Shown: positions 15,884-24,730 of the stretch, piece after piece
Numbering within the stretch: the stretch's first letter is position 1
How the letters are laid out: every line of letters begins with the position of its first letter
DNA from: Deltaproteobacteria bacterium
Lineage (GTDB): Bacteria > Desulfobacterota > Anaeroferrophillalia > Anaeroferrophillales > Anaeroferrophillaceae
NCBI GenBank assembly: GCA_019306045.1
Contig: JAFDMG010000004.1
Span: 1,203-39,638 of the forward strand
Direction: 5' to 3'
DNA: 38,436 nt
Notes under the pieces: model-generated
The model's input: only the letters and a program-made list of their open reading frames with translations
Told to the model about the DNA's origin: nothing
The model's database searches: none
Translations under genes and position numbers: made by a program

Positions 15884-17017
15884 TCACAGTTTCCTGCCCT
15901 TCAGTTTGTAGACATAGGCCAGAACCTCGGCCACCGCCTGGTAAAGATCGACGGGGATCACCTCGTTGAGCTGCACCAGCTTGTAGATCATCCGCGCCAG
16001 GGGCTTGTTCTCCACCACCGGCACCCCGTGCTCGCGGGCCACTTTCTTGATGTTCTCAGCGACGATGCCGGCTCCCTTGGCCACCACCAGCGGCGCCGCC
16101 GAACGCTGCTTGTCATAGAGGAGGGCCACCGCCAGGTGCACCGGGTTGGTGATCACCACGTCGGCCCGGGGCACCTCCTGCATCATCCGCTGGCGGGCGG
16201 CGGCCATCTGCAGGCTGCGGATCCTCGACTTGAGCTGCGGGTCCCCTTCCATCTGCTTGAACTCGTCCTTGATTTCGTCCTTGGTCATCTTCAGGTCCTG
16301 GATCCACTCCCAACGCTGGTAAAGGTAGTCGAGCACGGCGAGGGCGGTGAGCACCAGGGAGCAGCGCCAGAGAATCTGGAAAGAGGTCAGGGAAAGGAAA
16401 ACCAGGATCCGGTTGACCGGCTGGTTGAGCAGGCCGAAAAACTCGTGGAAATGGGCCCGGTAGACGGTGAAGGCCACGTACCCCAACACCGTGATCTTGA
16501 AGAGGGATTTTATCAGGTCCACGAGGGAACGCAGGGAAAAGATGCGGCCGAAGCCGGTGATCGGGTTGATCTTGGAGAATTTGGGGATGATCGGCTTGGT
16601 GGTGTAGAGGAAGCCCACCTGCATGATGTTGGCGAGGATGCCCACCACCACCAGGGCCACCATCAGCGGCCCCAGCAGGAGGATAAACTGCTGCATGGCA
16701 AAAAGAGCCAAGTGAAAAAAATTATTTTGGCTGAGTTCCATGAGCAGATAGTTCTGCAGAACATTCTGCAGCATCAGCCGGGAAGTCCGCAGGAACCAAT
16801 GGCCGCCGAAATAGAAAAAAGCCAGCCCGGTGAGCAGGATCATCGCCGACGAAACCTCGACGCTGCGGGCCACCTGCCCTTCCTTGCGGGCGTCCCGGAG
16901 CTTCTTGGGGGTCGGTTTCTCGGTTTTGCTCGGGTCCGTTTTACCAGCGGCTCGCGGCGCTGAAGTCGCCCAACCCGCCCTTTCAGGGCCCAAACCAGGC
17001 AGCTTTCCCGCTTCCAC
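15884..17017 (-). CDS. flhB: Flagellar type III export apparatus protein FlhB
   Basis: N-terminal KTEKPTPKKLRDARKEGQVARSVEV, four TM helices, and the autocleavage NPVH motif in VVITNPVHLAVALLY. The start is GTG at 17015-17017 and is somewhat uncertain. Confidence 0.93.
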   Translation of the reverse strand: MEAGKLPGLGPERAGWATSAPRAAGKTDPSKTEKPTPKKLRDARKEGQVARSVEVSSAMILLTGLAFFYFGGHWFLRTSRLMLQNVLQNYLLMELSQNNFFHLALFAMQQFILLLGPLMVALVVVGILANIMQVGFLYTTKPIIPKFSKINPITGFGRIFSLRSLVDLIKSLFKITVLGYVAFTVYRAHFHEFFGLLNQPVNRILVFLSLTSFQILWRCSLVLTALAVLDYLYQRWEWIQDLKMTKDEIKDEFKQMEGDPQLKSRIRSLQMAAARQRMMQEVPRADVVITNPVHLAVALLYDKQRSAAPLVVAKGAGIVAENIKKVAREHGVPVVENKPLARMIYKLVQLNEVIPVDLYQAVAEVLAYVYKLKGRKL

Positions 17018-17033
17018 CGCCGGGGCTGGCCGC

Positions 17034-17840
17034 TCAGCCGCTGCCGGAGGCCTGCAGCAGCCAGAAGACGTCGCGAAAAAGGTCGAAATACATCCCCCGG
17101 AACACCGCCAGCATGTAGGGCATGGAAAAAGCCAGCACCAGCAGGCCGAGGCCGATCTGCAAGGGATAGCCGACGATGAAGATATTCATCTGCGGCACCG
17201 TCCGGGCCAGGATGCCGAGGATGACGTTGCAGAGCAGCAGGGCCACCATCAGCGGCGCCCCCAGCTTGACGGCAATAACGAAGATATTGCTGGAGTAGCG
17301 GTACAGCACCTGCAGCAAATCGTCGGTCAGGTGGAAGCCGGCCAGGGGAATCAGGCTGAAGCTGTCGTACATGGCCCGGATGAACCAGCGGTGGGCGCCC
17401 ACTGCCAGGAAAACCAGGAGGGCCACCAGGTACTGGAACTGGGCAATGATGGAAACCTGGACGCTGGAAACCGGGTCGATGACATTGACGATGGAAAAGC
17501 CCATCTGGAAACCCATGAACTGGCCGGCGGTCTGCACCGCCGCCAGCAGCATGGCGGCCATGAAGCCCACCGAGATGCCGACCCCCATTTCCCGGACCAC
17601 CGCCACCAGCACCGCCGGCAGGCCGCCGGCCAGCAGGGGCGGCGGGGCCTGGTGGGCGCTGACGAAAGGGTACATGATCATGGCCAGCAGCAGGGTAATG
17701 CCGGTTTTCAACAGCAGCGGCACCGCCTTGTCATTGAAAATCGGCACCATGAAAACCATCCCCCCGATGCGCATCAGGACAAGAAAAAAGATTTCCACCT
17801 GGGAAACGGTGATCAGGGGAACCGTGAACATCTGTTTCAC
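17034..17840 (-). CDS. fliR: Flagellar export apparatus protein FliR
   Basis: About 265-aa polytopic membrane protein between fliQ and flhB, with an FLVLMRIGGMVFMVPIF-type N-terminus. Start is either GTG 17840 (overlapping the fliQ stop) or ATG 17831. Confidence 0.9.
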   Translation of the reverse strand: MKQMFTVPLITVSQVEIFFLVLMRIGGMVFMVPIFNDKAVPLLLKTGITLLLAMIMYPFVSAHQAPPPLLAGGLPAVLVAVVREMGVGISVGFMAAMLLAAVQTAGQFMGFQMGFSIVNVIDPVSSVQVSIIAQFQYLVALLVFLAVGAHRWFIRAMYDSFSLIPLAGFHLTDDLLQVLYRYSSNIFVIAVKLGAPLMVALLLCNVILGILARTVPQMNIFIVGYPLQIGLGLLVLAFSMPYMLAVFRGMYFDLFRDVFWLLQASGSG

Positions 17841-18106
17841 CCGACAATCGAGGGGATGCTGGCCAGCAGGCGGACGGTGAAATCCACCAGGTAGCGCAGC
17901 ATCCAGGGAAAGAAAATGATCATGGCCAGGAAAACCGCCAGAATCTTGGGGATGAAGGTCAGGGTCATCTCCTGGATCGAGGTCACCGCCTGGAAAATGC
18001 TGACCAGGAGGCCGACCACCAGGCCAAAGCCCAGCATGGGAGCGGAAACCATCAGGGTAACCTCCAGGGCCTGCTTGGCGAAACCAACGACAAATTCCGG
18101 GCTCAT
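17837..18106 (-). CDS. fliQ: Flagellar export apparatus protein FliQ
   Basis: 89 aa with two TM helices and the conserved block LLVSIFQAVTSIQEMTLTFIPKI. Confidence 0.95.
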   Translation of the reverse strand: MSPEFVVGFAKQALEVTLMVSAPMLGFGLVVGLLVSIFQAVTSIQEMTLTFIPKILAVFLAMIIFFPWMLRYLVDFTVRLLASIPSIVG

Positions 18107-18121
18107 CGGCGCTCCTGCAAG

Positions 18122-18877
18122 TTAAAAGCTTTTCATCAGTGAACCGACCATCATGTGCCAGCCGTCGGCCAGGACGAAAAGAATCAATTTGAACGGCAGG
18201 GAGATCATGATCGGCGGCAGCATCATCATCCCCATGGAAAGCAGCACGCTGGCCACCACCATGTCAAGAATAAGAAAGGGTATATAGATCAGGAAGCCGA
18301 TCTGGAAAGCAGTCTTCAGCTCGCTGATCACAAAAGCCGGGACGATGACATAGGTCGGAATGTCGTCGAGGTTGCGGGGCCGCCCCAGCCTGGCCATCGA
18401 AATGAACATGGCCAGGTCCTTCTCCCGGGTTTCCCGGAACATGAACTGGCGCACCGGCGACATGGCCCGGTGATAAGCCTCCTGCTGGTCGATCTGCCTG
18501 GCCAGGTAGGGTTTGACCGCCTGGAGCTGGATCTTCTGGAACACCGGGAACATGATGAAAAAGGTCAGAAAGAGGCTGAGACCGATCAGCACCTGGTTGG
18601 GCGGCATCTGCTGGGTGCCCAGGGCCTGGCGCAGAAAGTGAAAAACCACCACCAGGCGGGTGAAGGAGGTCATCAGCACCAGGATGGCCGGCGCCAGGGT
18701 CAGGACGGTGAGCAGCAGGAGAATCTGCATGGAGATGGTGATCTGGCGGGGATCGCTGCTCCCCGTCACCCCCACCTGGAAAGCGGGCACGGCCACTTCG
18801 GCGGCCCGGGCGAGCAGCGGCGTCAGCACCGCCAGGACCGTCAAGACAAAAACCGGAAGCAGCCGTTTGCCGATCAT
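18122..18877 (-). CDS. fliP: Flagellar export apparatus protein FliP
   Basis: A signal peptide, then the conserved FliP blocks (LLLLTVLTLAPAILVLMTSFTRLVVVFHFLRQALG, FVISELKTAFQIGFLIYIPFLILDMVVASVLLSMGMMMLPP). ATG 18875-18877 has a strong GGGGGAG RBS. The ORF-track start at 18928 is a TTG. Confidence 0.95.
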   Translation of the reverse strand: MIGKRLLPVFVLTVLAVLTPLLARAAEVAVPAFQVGVTGSSDPRQITISMQILLLLTVLTLAPAILVLMTSFTRLVVVFHFLRQALGTQQMPPNQVLIGLSLFLTFFIMFPVFQKIQLQAVKPYLARQIDQQEAYHRAMSPVRQFMFRETREKDLAMFISMARLGRPRNLDDIPTYVIVPAFVISELKTAFQIGFLIYIPFLILDMVVASVLLSMGMMMLPPIMISLPFKLILFVLADGWHMMVGSLMKSF

Positions 18878-18946
18878 AGATCTCCCCCTGCCCGCATCAT
18901 TGGGAATAAATGCCGTTGCCGCCGCCAACCGCAGCCCCCCGGAGAA

Positions 18947-20053
18947 CTACAGCTGGGTCATGCCGTCCAGGCGCTGGCGGATCTGGGCCAGGACCTGGCG
19001 GTAGGAATCGAGGCCGTCGGGGCTGTCGGCGCCGCCGGCGACCGCCCTGGCCGCCGTTGCCGTCATGCCGCCGGCATCACGGCCGCCGGCAGCCGGGTCC
19101 CCGGCGTCCGGATCCCCACCCCTTTTAACAGGCCGCCCGAGGGCCGCCCGCAGCACCCCGGCAAAAGTTTTTTTCCCGGGCGCGGCGGCGGGCAGTGCTC
19201 TCAGGGTCGCCACCTTTTCCGGGTCGACAATTCGGGTCAGCAGGGACATCTGCTCGCCGCAGATGCCGACCACCAGCACCTCGCCGGCCACCTCGAGAAA
19301 CATGACCTGCTGCTTGACGCCGATGGGCACGGTCCGCAGCACCCGCACCAGGCTGCCGTCCACCGGGCCGACGGTCCCCCGCACCAGTTTCTTCACCGGC
19401 CCGTAAGCCAGGAGGATGATGGCCACCAGGGCCAGGAGAATGGCGAAAACCTTGATGCCGGCGGCCAGCAGGCTGCGGTCGCCGCCCGGCGCCCGGGGAG
19501 GCGCCGCCGTTTCCTTTTCCTTGACCCCCGCCAGGATGGCATTGATCTTCGCCAGCTTGCCGGCATTGGCCGCCAGCCCGGCCGCAGGCTTCGCGCCACC
19601 TGCCGCCGGCAAAACCGCCTCGCCGGCGGCCGTCGGCAGGGGCCGGTAGGGCTTGAGAATGGTAATCACCAGCCGCCGGTCCGCCACCCGGACGGCCAGC
19701 AGCTTCTTCAGCGGCAGGCCGGTCTCCCGCTTGGTAAAATACCAGGCAAAACCGCCGTCCACCTTTTTGAGCCCGTAGCCGGCAATCCAGTCATCGTCCA
19801 GCCGGCGGCTGAAAGCCGCGGGGCGGGCCAGATCAAGGCCGGCCAGGGGCAGCAGCAGCTGCCGCTGCTCGCTGAGAAAGCGGGGATTGACGCCGGCCGC
19901 GGCTGTCCGCAGCGGCAGGATAAACTCCATCTGGTCGGCGGCGGCGGCAAACTGCGCCGGATCGCCGTCCTCCCCGGCCGCGGCCGCCGGCGGCACCGCC
20001 CCCAGCAGCCAGAGAGAAAGCAGGAAAATAAAAACCGCGGTGATCCGTTTCAT
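18947..20053 (-). CDS. fliO: FliO-like protein with a large N-terminal periplasmic extension and an Ala/Gly/Pro/Asp-rich C-terminal tail
   Basis: 368 aa. It has a signal peptide (MKRITAVFIFLLSLWLLGAV), about 180 aa of unassigned domain, then a TM helix (VFAILLALVAIILLAYG). The FliO core follows: LVRVLRTVPIGVKQQVMFLEVAGEVLVVGICGEQMSLLTRI. It lies between fliN and fliP. Confidence 0.7.
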   Translation of the reverse strand: MKRITAVFIFLLSLWLLGAVPPAAAAGEDGDPAQFAAAADQMEFILPLRTAAAGVNPRFLSEQRQLLLPLAGLDLARPAAFSRRLDDDWIAGYGLKKVDGGFAWYFTKRETGLPLKKLLAVRVADRRLVITILKPYRPLPTAAGEAVLPAAGGAKPAAGLAANAGKLAKINAILAGVKEKETAAPPRAPGGDRSLLAAGIKVFAILLALVAIILLAYGPVKKLVRGTVGPVDGSLVRVLRTVPIGVKQQVMFLEVAGEVLVVGICGEQMSLLTRIVDPEKVATLRALPAAAPGKKTFAGVLRAALGRPVKRGGDPDAGDPAAGGRDAGGMTATAARAVAGGADSPDGLDSYRQVLAQIRQRLDGMTQL

Positions 20054-20589
20054 TTCAACTGCTCGATTCTTTCGATGGGACTGATGATGTCGGTCAGGCG
20101 AATGCCGAACTTCTCGTTGACGACCACCACTTCCCCCCGGGCCACCAGCTTGTTGTTCACCAGCACGTCCAGGGGTTCGCCGGCCAGCTTCTCCAGCTCC
20201 ACCACCGACCCCTGCCCCAGCTGCAGCAGGTCGTTGATGATCATCCGCGTCCGCCCCAGTTCCACCGACAGCTGCAGGGGAATGTCAAGGATGAAGTTGA
20301 TGTTGGGCGGCAGGTGCCGGCGCTGTTCCTCGTCCAGGGAAGGCAGCAGGCCGTCGACGTTGCGCTCGTCGGCCGGAGACTGCTGCTGGGGCGCGGCGGC
20401 CGCCGCCCCGGCTTCCGCGGCCTCCTCCTTGATCATCTGCCGCTGCTTCTCCAGGTCTTCGGCCACGTCGTCCCAGGAGATCTCCTCGACCATCTCCTCG
20501 GGGGTCTTGGCCCCCTCCTCGGCATTGTCAGCCGCGGTGCCGCCCTCTGCCATCTCCTTTTTTACCTGTTCAAAAAGGTCGTCAGCCAT
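20050..20589 (-). CDS. fliN: Flagellar motor switch protein FliN
   Basis: 179 aa with an acidic N-terminal region. The C-terminal SpoA domain is ILDIPLQLSVELGRTRMIINDLLQLGQGSVVELEKLAGEPLDVLVNNKLVARGEVVVVNEKFGIRLTDI. Confidence 0.9.
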   Translation of the reverse strand: MADDLFEQVKKEMAEGGTAADNAEEGAKTPEEMVEEISWDDVAEDLEKQRQMIKEEAAEAGAAAAAPQQQSPADERNVDGLLPSLDEEQRRHLPPNINFILDIPLQLSVELGRTRMIINDLLQLGQGSVVELEKLAGEPLDVLVNNKLVARGEVVVVNEKFGIRLTDIISPIERIEQLK

Positions 20590-21578
20590 TATCTGCCTCC
20601 CTCGATTCCGGTGATCTTGCGCGTAATCTTGATTGCCTTCGAACCCTTGGAAAAACCGGCGATGCCCCTGAACTTGTCGATCTGCTCGATTTTCAGGCGC
20701 ATGGGCTCGGTCGCGTCCTGCTGCAGGGTGATGATGTCCCCGACGTTGAAATCAAGCAGCTGCCGGGGGGTGACGGTGGTGGTCCCGAGGACCGCCGACA
20801 GCTCCACGTCCACTTCCAGCAGCCGGTTGACCAGGCGCTGCAGCCAGGTGACGTCCACCTCCAGCCGCTCGCTCTGGAAGCCGGCGTAGAGCTTGTTGCG
20901 CAGCGGCTCCACCAGGGAATAGGGAATGCAGACGGTGATCGCCCCGGAAAACTCCTCCATCTCGAGCGTGTAGGTGGAGAGGATGACCACATCGCTCGGG
21001 GGCACGATGGTGACAAACTGGGGATTGATCTCCGAGCGCACGAAAGTGAACTGCAGGTCGTGGATCGGGTTCCAGGCGTCTTCCATGCACTCCAGGGCGG
21101 CCACCACCACCTTGCGGATGATCCGCTCCTCGATGGCGGTGAAGTCGCGGCCCTCGACCTTCACCGCGTCCCGGCCGCTGCCGCCGAAAAACATGTCAAT
21201 GAGGGAAAAGACCAGCTTGCTCTCCACCACCACCAGGGCCAGGCCCCGGAGCGGGTCCATCTTGAACAGGTGGATGCTGGCGGGCACCGGGATGGTTTTC
21301 AGGAACTCGCCGAATTTCATCATGTCGGTGACCAGGGGCGTCACGTCGATCACCCGGTGCAGCAGGGCGGAAAGGGCGGCCCGGAAGTTGCGGGAGAAGC
21401 GCTGGTTGATGATCTCCAGGGTGGGCATTTTCCCCCGGATGATCCGCTCCTGGCTGGTGAGGTCATAGTGCTGCACCTCCCCTTCTTCCACCGCCACGTC
21501 GGACTCGGTCTCGATCTCTCCCTGGCTGACTCCCTGCAACAGGGCGTCGATTTCTTCCTGGGTCAGTACCTGGCTCAT
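20589..21578 (-). CDS. fliM: Flagellar motor switch protein FliM
   Basis: 329 aa. The N-terminal CheY-P binding motif is MSQVLTQEEIDALL. It also has the FliM middle domain and a C-terminal SpoA-like domain. Confidence 0.93.
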   Translation of the reverse strand: MSQVLTQEEIDALLQGVSQGEIETESDVAVEEGEVQHYDLTSQERIIRGKMPTLEIINQRFSRNFRAALSALLHRVIDVTPLVTDMMKFGEFLKTIPVPASIHLFKMDPLRGLALVVVESKLVFSLIDMFFGGSGRDAVKVEGRDFTAIEERIIRKVVVAALECMEDAWNPIHDLQFTFVRSEINPQFVTIVPPSDVVILSTYTLEMEEFSGAITVCIPYSLVEPLRNKLYAGFQSERLEVDVTWLQRLVNRLLEVDVELSAVLGTTTVTPRQLLDFNVGDIITLQQDATEPMRLKIEQIDKFRGIAGFSKGSKAIKITRKITGIEGGR

Positions 21579-21596
21579 GGCATCCCGTCCGGCCGT

Positions 21597-22118
21597 TTAC
21601 TGGATTACCAGTTCTTCAAAGTAGACCCGGGTGATCTTCCCGGTCTGGAGGAAGCTGTTGACCCGCTTGACGATCTCTTCCCGGAGAATGAACTTGCCCT
21701 CCATGGAATTGATCTCCTCCGAGGTCTTGGAACTCAGCAGGGTGAGGATGACGTCCCGGATCTGCGGCTGTCTTTTCTCCACTTCTTCCTGCAGGTCCTC
21801 GCTGCTGAGTTCCAGCTTCATGCTGATTTTCAGATAGCGCCGCCCCCGGCCGTCGGCCAGGTTGACCACAAACGGCTTGAGGGCGAACACCGGCAGGATT
21901 TTCGGCTTTTTCTTCTTGGCCGCCGCGGCCGCCTGGGCCGCCAGCTCCTCCGGCGAGGGCGCCTTGGGGGTCAGGAGGAAATAGTAAGCCGCAAAGCCAC
22001 CGCCACCCACCAGCAGGAGAACCACCAGGATGATAATGAACAACAGCTTTTTCGATTTTTTGCCGCCGCCGTTTTCCTGGGCTTCCTGTTCCCCGTTTAC
22101 CTCTTTTTTGGCCATCAC
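21597..22118 (-). CDS. fliL: Flagellar basal-body-associated protein FliL
   Basis: 173 aa with a Lys-rich N-terminus, a single TM helix, and then LKPFVVNLADGRGRRYLKISMKLELS, which is typical of FliL. Confidence 0.85.
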   Translation of the reverse strand: MMAKKEVNGEQEAQENGGGKKSKKLLFIIILVVLLLVGGGGFAAYYFLLTPKAPSPEELAAQAAAAAKKKKPKILPVFALKPFVVNLADGRGRRYLKISMKLELSSEDLQEEVEKRQPQIRDVILTLLSSKTSEEINSMEGKFILREEIVKRVNSFLQTGKITRVYFEELVIQ

Positions 22119-22140
22119 TGTCTCCTTGACAAATTATCCA

Positions 22141-22908
22141 TCACTTTTTCTCTTTGGCCGCCGCCGGCTCCTCCACCGCCGGCAGCCAGCCGGCCAGGCG
22201 GATGACCAGCCGGCGGTTGCGGGCCCGGTGCTCGGGCAGGTCATTGGGCAGCAGCGGCCGGTCGGGGCCGTAGGCGGCCAGGGACAGGCGGTCGGCGGCC
22301 ACCCCGAAGCGCTGCAGCTGCCGGGCCACCACGTCGCCGCGCGCCGCGGCCAGCACCCAGTTGTCCGGAAACCTTTCCGTGTGCAGGGGAAAGTTGTCCG
22401 TATAGACCTCGATCACCAGCGGCACGGCCTGGCGGCCGAGAAACGGCCCCAGGAGCGCCAGCAGCCGCCGGCCCGCCGGCTTCAAGCTGGCATCCAGCGT
22501 CCCGAAAAGCAAATCGCTTGCCATCTCCAGGCAGAGATCGTCATCCACCACCGCCAATTTAACCCGGGAGCGGCCGACCTGTCGTTCCAGATCGTCAAGC
22601 AGCCGCGACAGGGCGGGCGACAGCTTGCGCAGGGCTGCCAGGTCGGCGATGGACCGCACCTGGCTGACCGGCGGCACCACCAGGGGCTTGACCTCCGGCA
22701 CCAGGGAACTCCCGCCGCCGACGTTCATCACCCCGAGGGAATCGGGAAAGGCGCTGAACATCTTCTTGAGCACCTTGTTGTCCATCGACGACATGGAAAT
22801 CAGCAGCACGAAAAAGGTCAGCAGCAGGATCAGCAGGTCCGAAAGGGTGACCATCCAGCCGTTGCTGCCCTCCACCCGCTGCTCGGCGGTCTGGCGCGGC
22901 CTGATCAT
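22141..22908 (-). CDS. motB: Flagellar stator protein MotB (canonical, with channel Asp)
   Basis: WMVTLSDLLILLLTFFVLL carries the conserved Asp 7 residues before the (A/T)FF motif, as in E. coli MotB D32. The C-terminal OmpA-like peptidoglycan-binding domain ends in NRRLVIRL. Confidence 0.85.
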   Translation of the reverse strand: MIRPRQTAEQRVEGSNGWMVTLSDLLILLLTFFVLLISMSSMDNKVLKKMFSAFPDSLGVMNVGGGSSLVPEVKPLVVPPVSQVRSIADLAALRKLSPALSRLLDDLERQVGRSRVKLAVVDDDLCLEMASDLLFGTLDASLKPAGRRLLALLGPFLGRQAVPLVIEVYTDNFPLHTERFPDNWVLAAARGDVVARQLQRFGVAADRLSLAAYGPDRPLLPNDLPEHRARNRRLVIRLAGWLPAVEEPAAAKEKK

Positions 22909-23720
22909 CGGCCCGCTCCCCCGGCCGGCGGCTGGCCGCCGCCGGTGATCGGCAGGGTGAAGTCCTTGTAATGGTAAAGGCGCGGCCGGCGGCCGGCCGC
23001 CCCGCTGGCCGCCGGACCGCCCCGAACGTCGATCTCCACCCGCCGCTCCCTGGCGGCCGGGCCGCCGGCGGCGGCGACCGCCCCGTATCCCCGCATGCTC
23101 ACCACCGCCGGGTCAAGGCCGCCATGGCGAACCAGGAAGCGGAAAACCGCCGCCGCCCGCAGCGCGGCCAGGGACAGGTTGGAAGCATAGGGACCGCCTT
23201 CTTTGACCGGCACCCGGTCGCAGTAGCCCTTGACCACCACCTGCAGGTCCTCCACCGGCCGCAAGATGCCGGCCAGCCGCAACAGCACCTGCTTCCCGGC
23301 CGGGGCCAGCTGGTAGGAACCGCTGGCAAAGAGCAGCCGGTTGCGCAGGTCAACGGCCAGGCCGTCGGCGGTTTTTCTCACCTTCACGTCCTCCAGGATG
23401 CCCCGCTGGGCCAGAAAATCATGCAGCGAGGCCCGCACGTCAGCCGCGCTTTCCGTCAGCGGCGAAGGCGGCTGCAGCTGCTTGTTCCGCCCCCCGGCCG
23501 CCAGCTTGAACCCTCCCGGCATGAACCCGAAACTGCCCAGCAGCGAATCGAGGGCCACCAGGCGCCGCTGCTCGTCCACCACCGCCACCGAATAGAGCAG
23601 AATAAAAAAAGCCAGCAGGATCATGCTCAACGCCGCCATCAGCACAACAAAGTTTCCCCGGCCGCCGGCGGTGGCCAGGGAACGGTACCTTTTCTCGCTG
23701 CCTTCCCGGACGGCGGACAC
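22905..23720 (-). CDS. MotB-like / OmpA-domain protein lacking the channel Asp
   Basis: 271 aa with a single N-terminal TM helix (FVVLMAALSMILLAFFILL) that aligns to the MotB TM. Ala replaces the Asp at that position. The C-terminal OmpA-like domain is SNLSLAALRAAAVFRFLV...RRVEIDV. It lies between motA and motB, and its stop overlaps the motB start. Confidence 0.75.
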   Translation of the reverse strand: MSAVREGSEKRYRSLATAGGRGNFVVLMAALSMILLAFFILLYSVAVVDEQRRLVALDSLLGSFGFMPGGFKLAAGGRNKQLQPPSPLTESAADVRASLHDFLAQRGILEDVKVRKTADGLAVDLRNRLLFASGSYQLAPAGKQVLLRLAGILRPVEDLQVVVKGYCDRVPVKEGGPYASNLSLAALRAAAVFRFLVRHGGLDPAVVSMRGYGAVAAAGGPAARERRVEIDVRGGPAASGAAGRRPRLYHYKDFTLPITGGGQPPAGGAGR

Positions 23721-23723
23721 CGG

Positions 23724-24482
23724 CTACTCCTGCCGCCGCAGCGACTGGGGCAGGTAGGCCTCCAGCTTGTGCTGCATGATCCGGGGATTCTCCCCCCGGG
23801 CGATGGAAAGAATGCCCTCGAGAATCAGGCCTTTGGCAAAGATCTCCTGCTGGCTTTTGCGCCGCAGCTTGCCGGCCAGGGGCAGAAAGATGAAATTGGC
23901 CAGCAGGGCCCCGTAGAAGGTGGTCAGCAGGGCCACCGCCATGGCCGGCCCGATCCGGGAGGGGTCGCTCATGCTCTGCAGCATCTGCACCAGGCCGATC
24001 AGGGTGCCGATCAGGCCCATGGCCGGCGCCAGGTTGCCCATGCTGGTCAGCACTTCGACCCCCAGCTGGTGGCGGTCCCGGGTATAGTCGATCTCGGTGG
24101 TCATGATATCCTCAATGGAAGCCGAATCAAGCCCGTCCACCAGCAGGGTCAGGCCCTTGCGCATGAATTGGTCCTTGGCCTTCAGGCTGCCTTCCTCCAG
24201 GGCCAGGATGCCGCTCTTGCGCGATTTGCGCGACAGGTCGATCAACTCGTCGATGGTTTCCCAGACCGGGAAAGATTTTTCAAAGAAGGCGTTTTTCACC
24301 ACCTTGACGATGCCGAGCACCTCCCCGAGGGGGTAGTTGATGAAAGTCGCCCCCAGGGTGCCGCCGAGCACGATCAGCGACGAGGGATAGTTCCAGAACA
24401 CCCCGAAGCCGCTGCCGGTGGCAATGGCCATGAAAACCAGGAAAAACGCCGAAACGATGCCAAGGATCGTCGAGAAATCCAT
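23724..24482 (-). CDS. motA: Flagellar stator protein MotA
   Basis: 252 aa from ATG 24480-24482 (MDFSTILGIVSAFFLVFMAIA...). It has four TM helices and the conserved C-terminal block PAMGLIGTLIGLVQML...IGPAMAVALLTTFYGALLANFIFLPLAGKL. The 99-codon upstream extension in the ORF track crosses a terminator and a promoter and is rejected. Confidence 0.9.
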   Translation of the reverse strand: MDFSTILGIVSAFFLVFMAIATGSGFGVFWNYPSSLIVLGGTLGATFINYPLGEVLGIVKVVKNAFFEKSFPVWETIDELIDLSRKSRKSGILALEEGSLKAKDQFMRKGLTLLVDGLDSASIEDIMTTEIDYTRDRHQLGVEVLTSMGNLAPAMGLIGTLIGLVQMLQSMSDPSRIGPAMAVALLTTFYGALLANFIFLPLAGKLRRKSQQEIFAKGLILEGILSIARGENPRIMQHKLEAYLPQSLRRQE

Positions 24483-24508
24483 CCTCTTTTTCCTTTCCGG
24501 TTGAAGAA

Positions 24509-24524
24509 TGCAAAACACGTACCT
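24509..24524 (-). promoter_or_regulatory. Sigma-54 (-24/-12) promoter for the motA...cheY gene train
   Basis: The minus strand reads AGGTACGTGTTTTGCA against TGGCACG-N4-TTGCW. GG and GC have exact spacing, with ACG and TTGCA matches. It ends 26 nt upstream of the motA ATG and is followed by a purine-rich RBS. Confidence 0.6.
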
Positions 24525-24660
24525 AAGGCAAACTGACGCCGACCCTTTATATATCGCTGGTTTATGGTTTTTCTTGAGGGGGAGAAAGTCAAAATTGCCG
24601 CCGCTGGCGGTCAGTTTTTTGACGATTTTCCGACGATCGGGGGCGGGACGGACAGGAAAC

Positions 24661-24687
24661 AAAAAAGGCATCCGCGAAACGGATGCC
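24661..24687 (-). terminator. Rho-independent terminator after the kor/XRE-cupin operon
   Basis: The minus strand has GGCATCCG-(5 nt)-CGGATGCC followed by TTTTTTGTTT. It starts about 43 nt after the stop of the XRE-cupin gene. Confidence 0.6.
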
Positions 24688-24730
24688 CGGCAGCTGGCCG
24701 CGGAAGCGCCGGCCATGGCCGGCGCGGCGC

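Noticed and set aside
18155-20614. 819-aa plus-strand ORF.
   Set aside because: It is antisense to fliP, fliO and fliN. Its composition is Arg/Gly/Pro/His/Gln-rich with no domains. The same reasoning applies to the plus-strand ORFs 1612-2982, 9263-10906, 22971-24536, 24683-26668 and 36592-38178.
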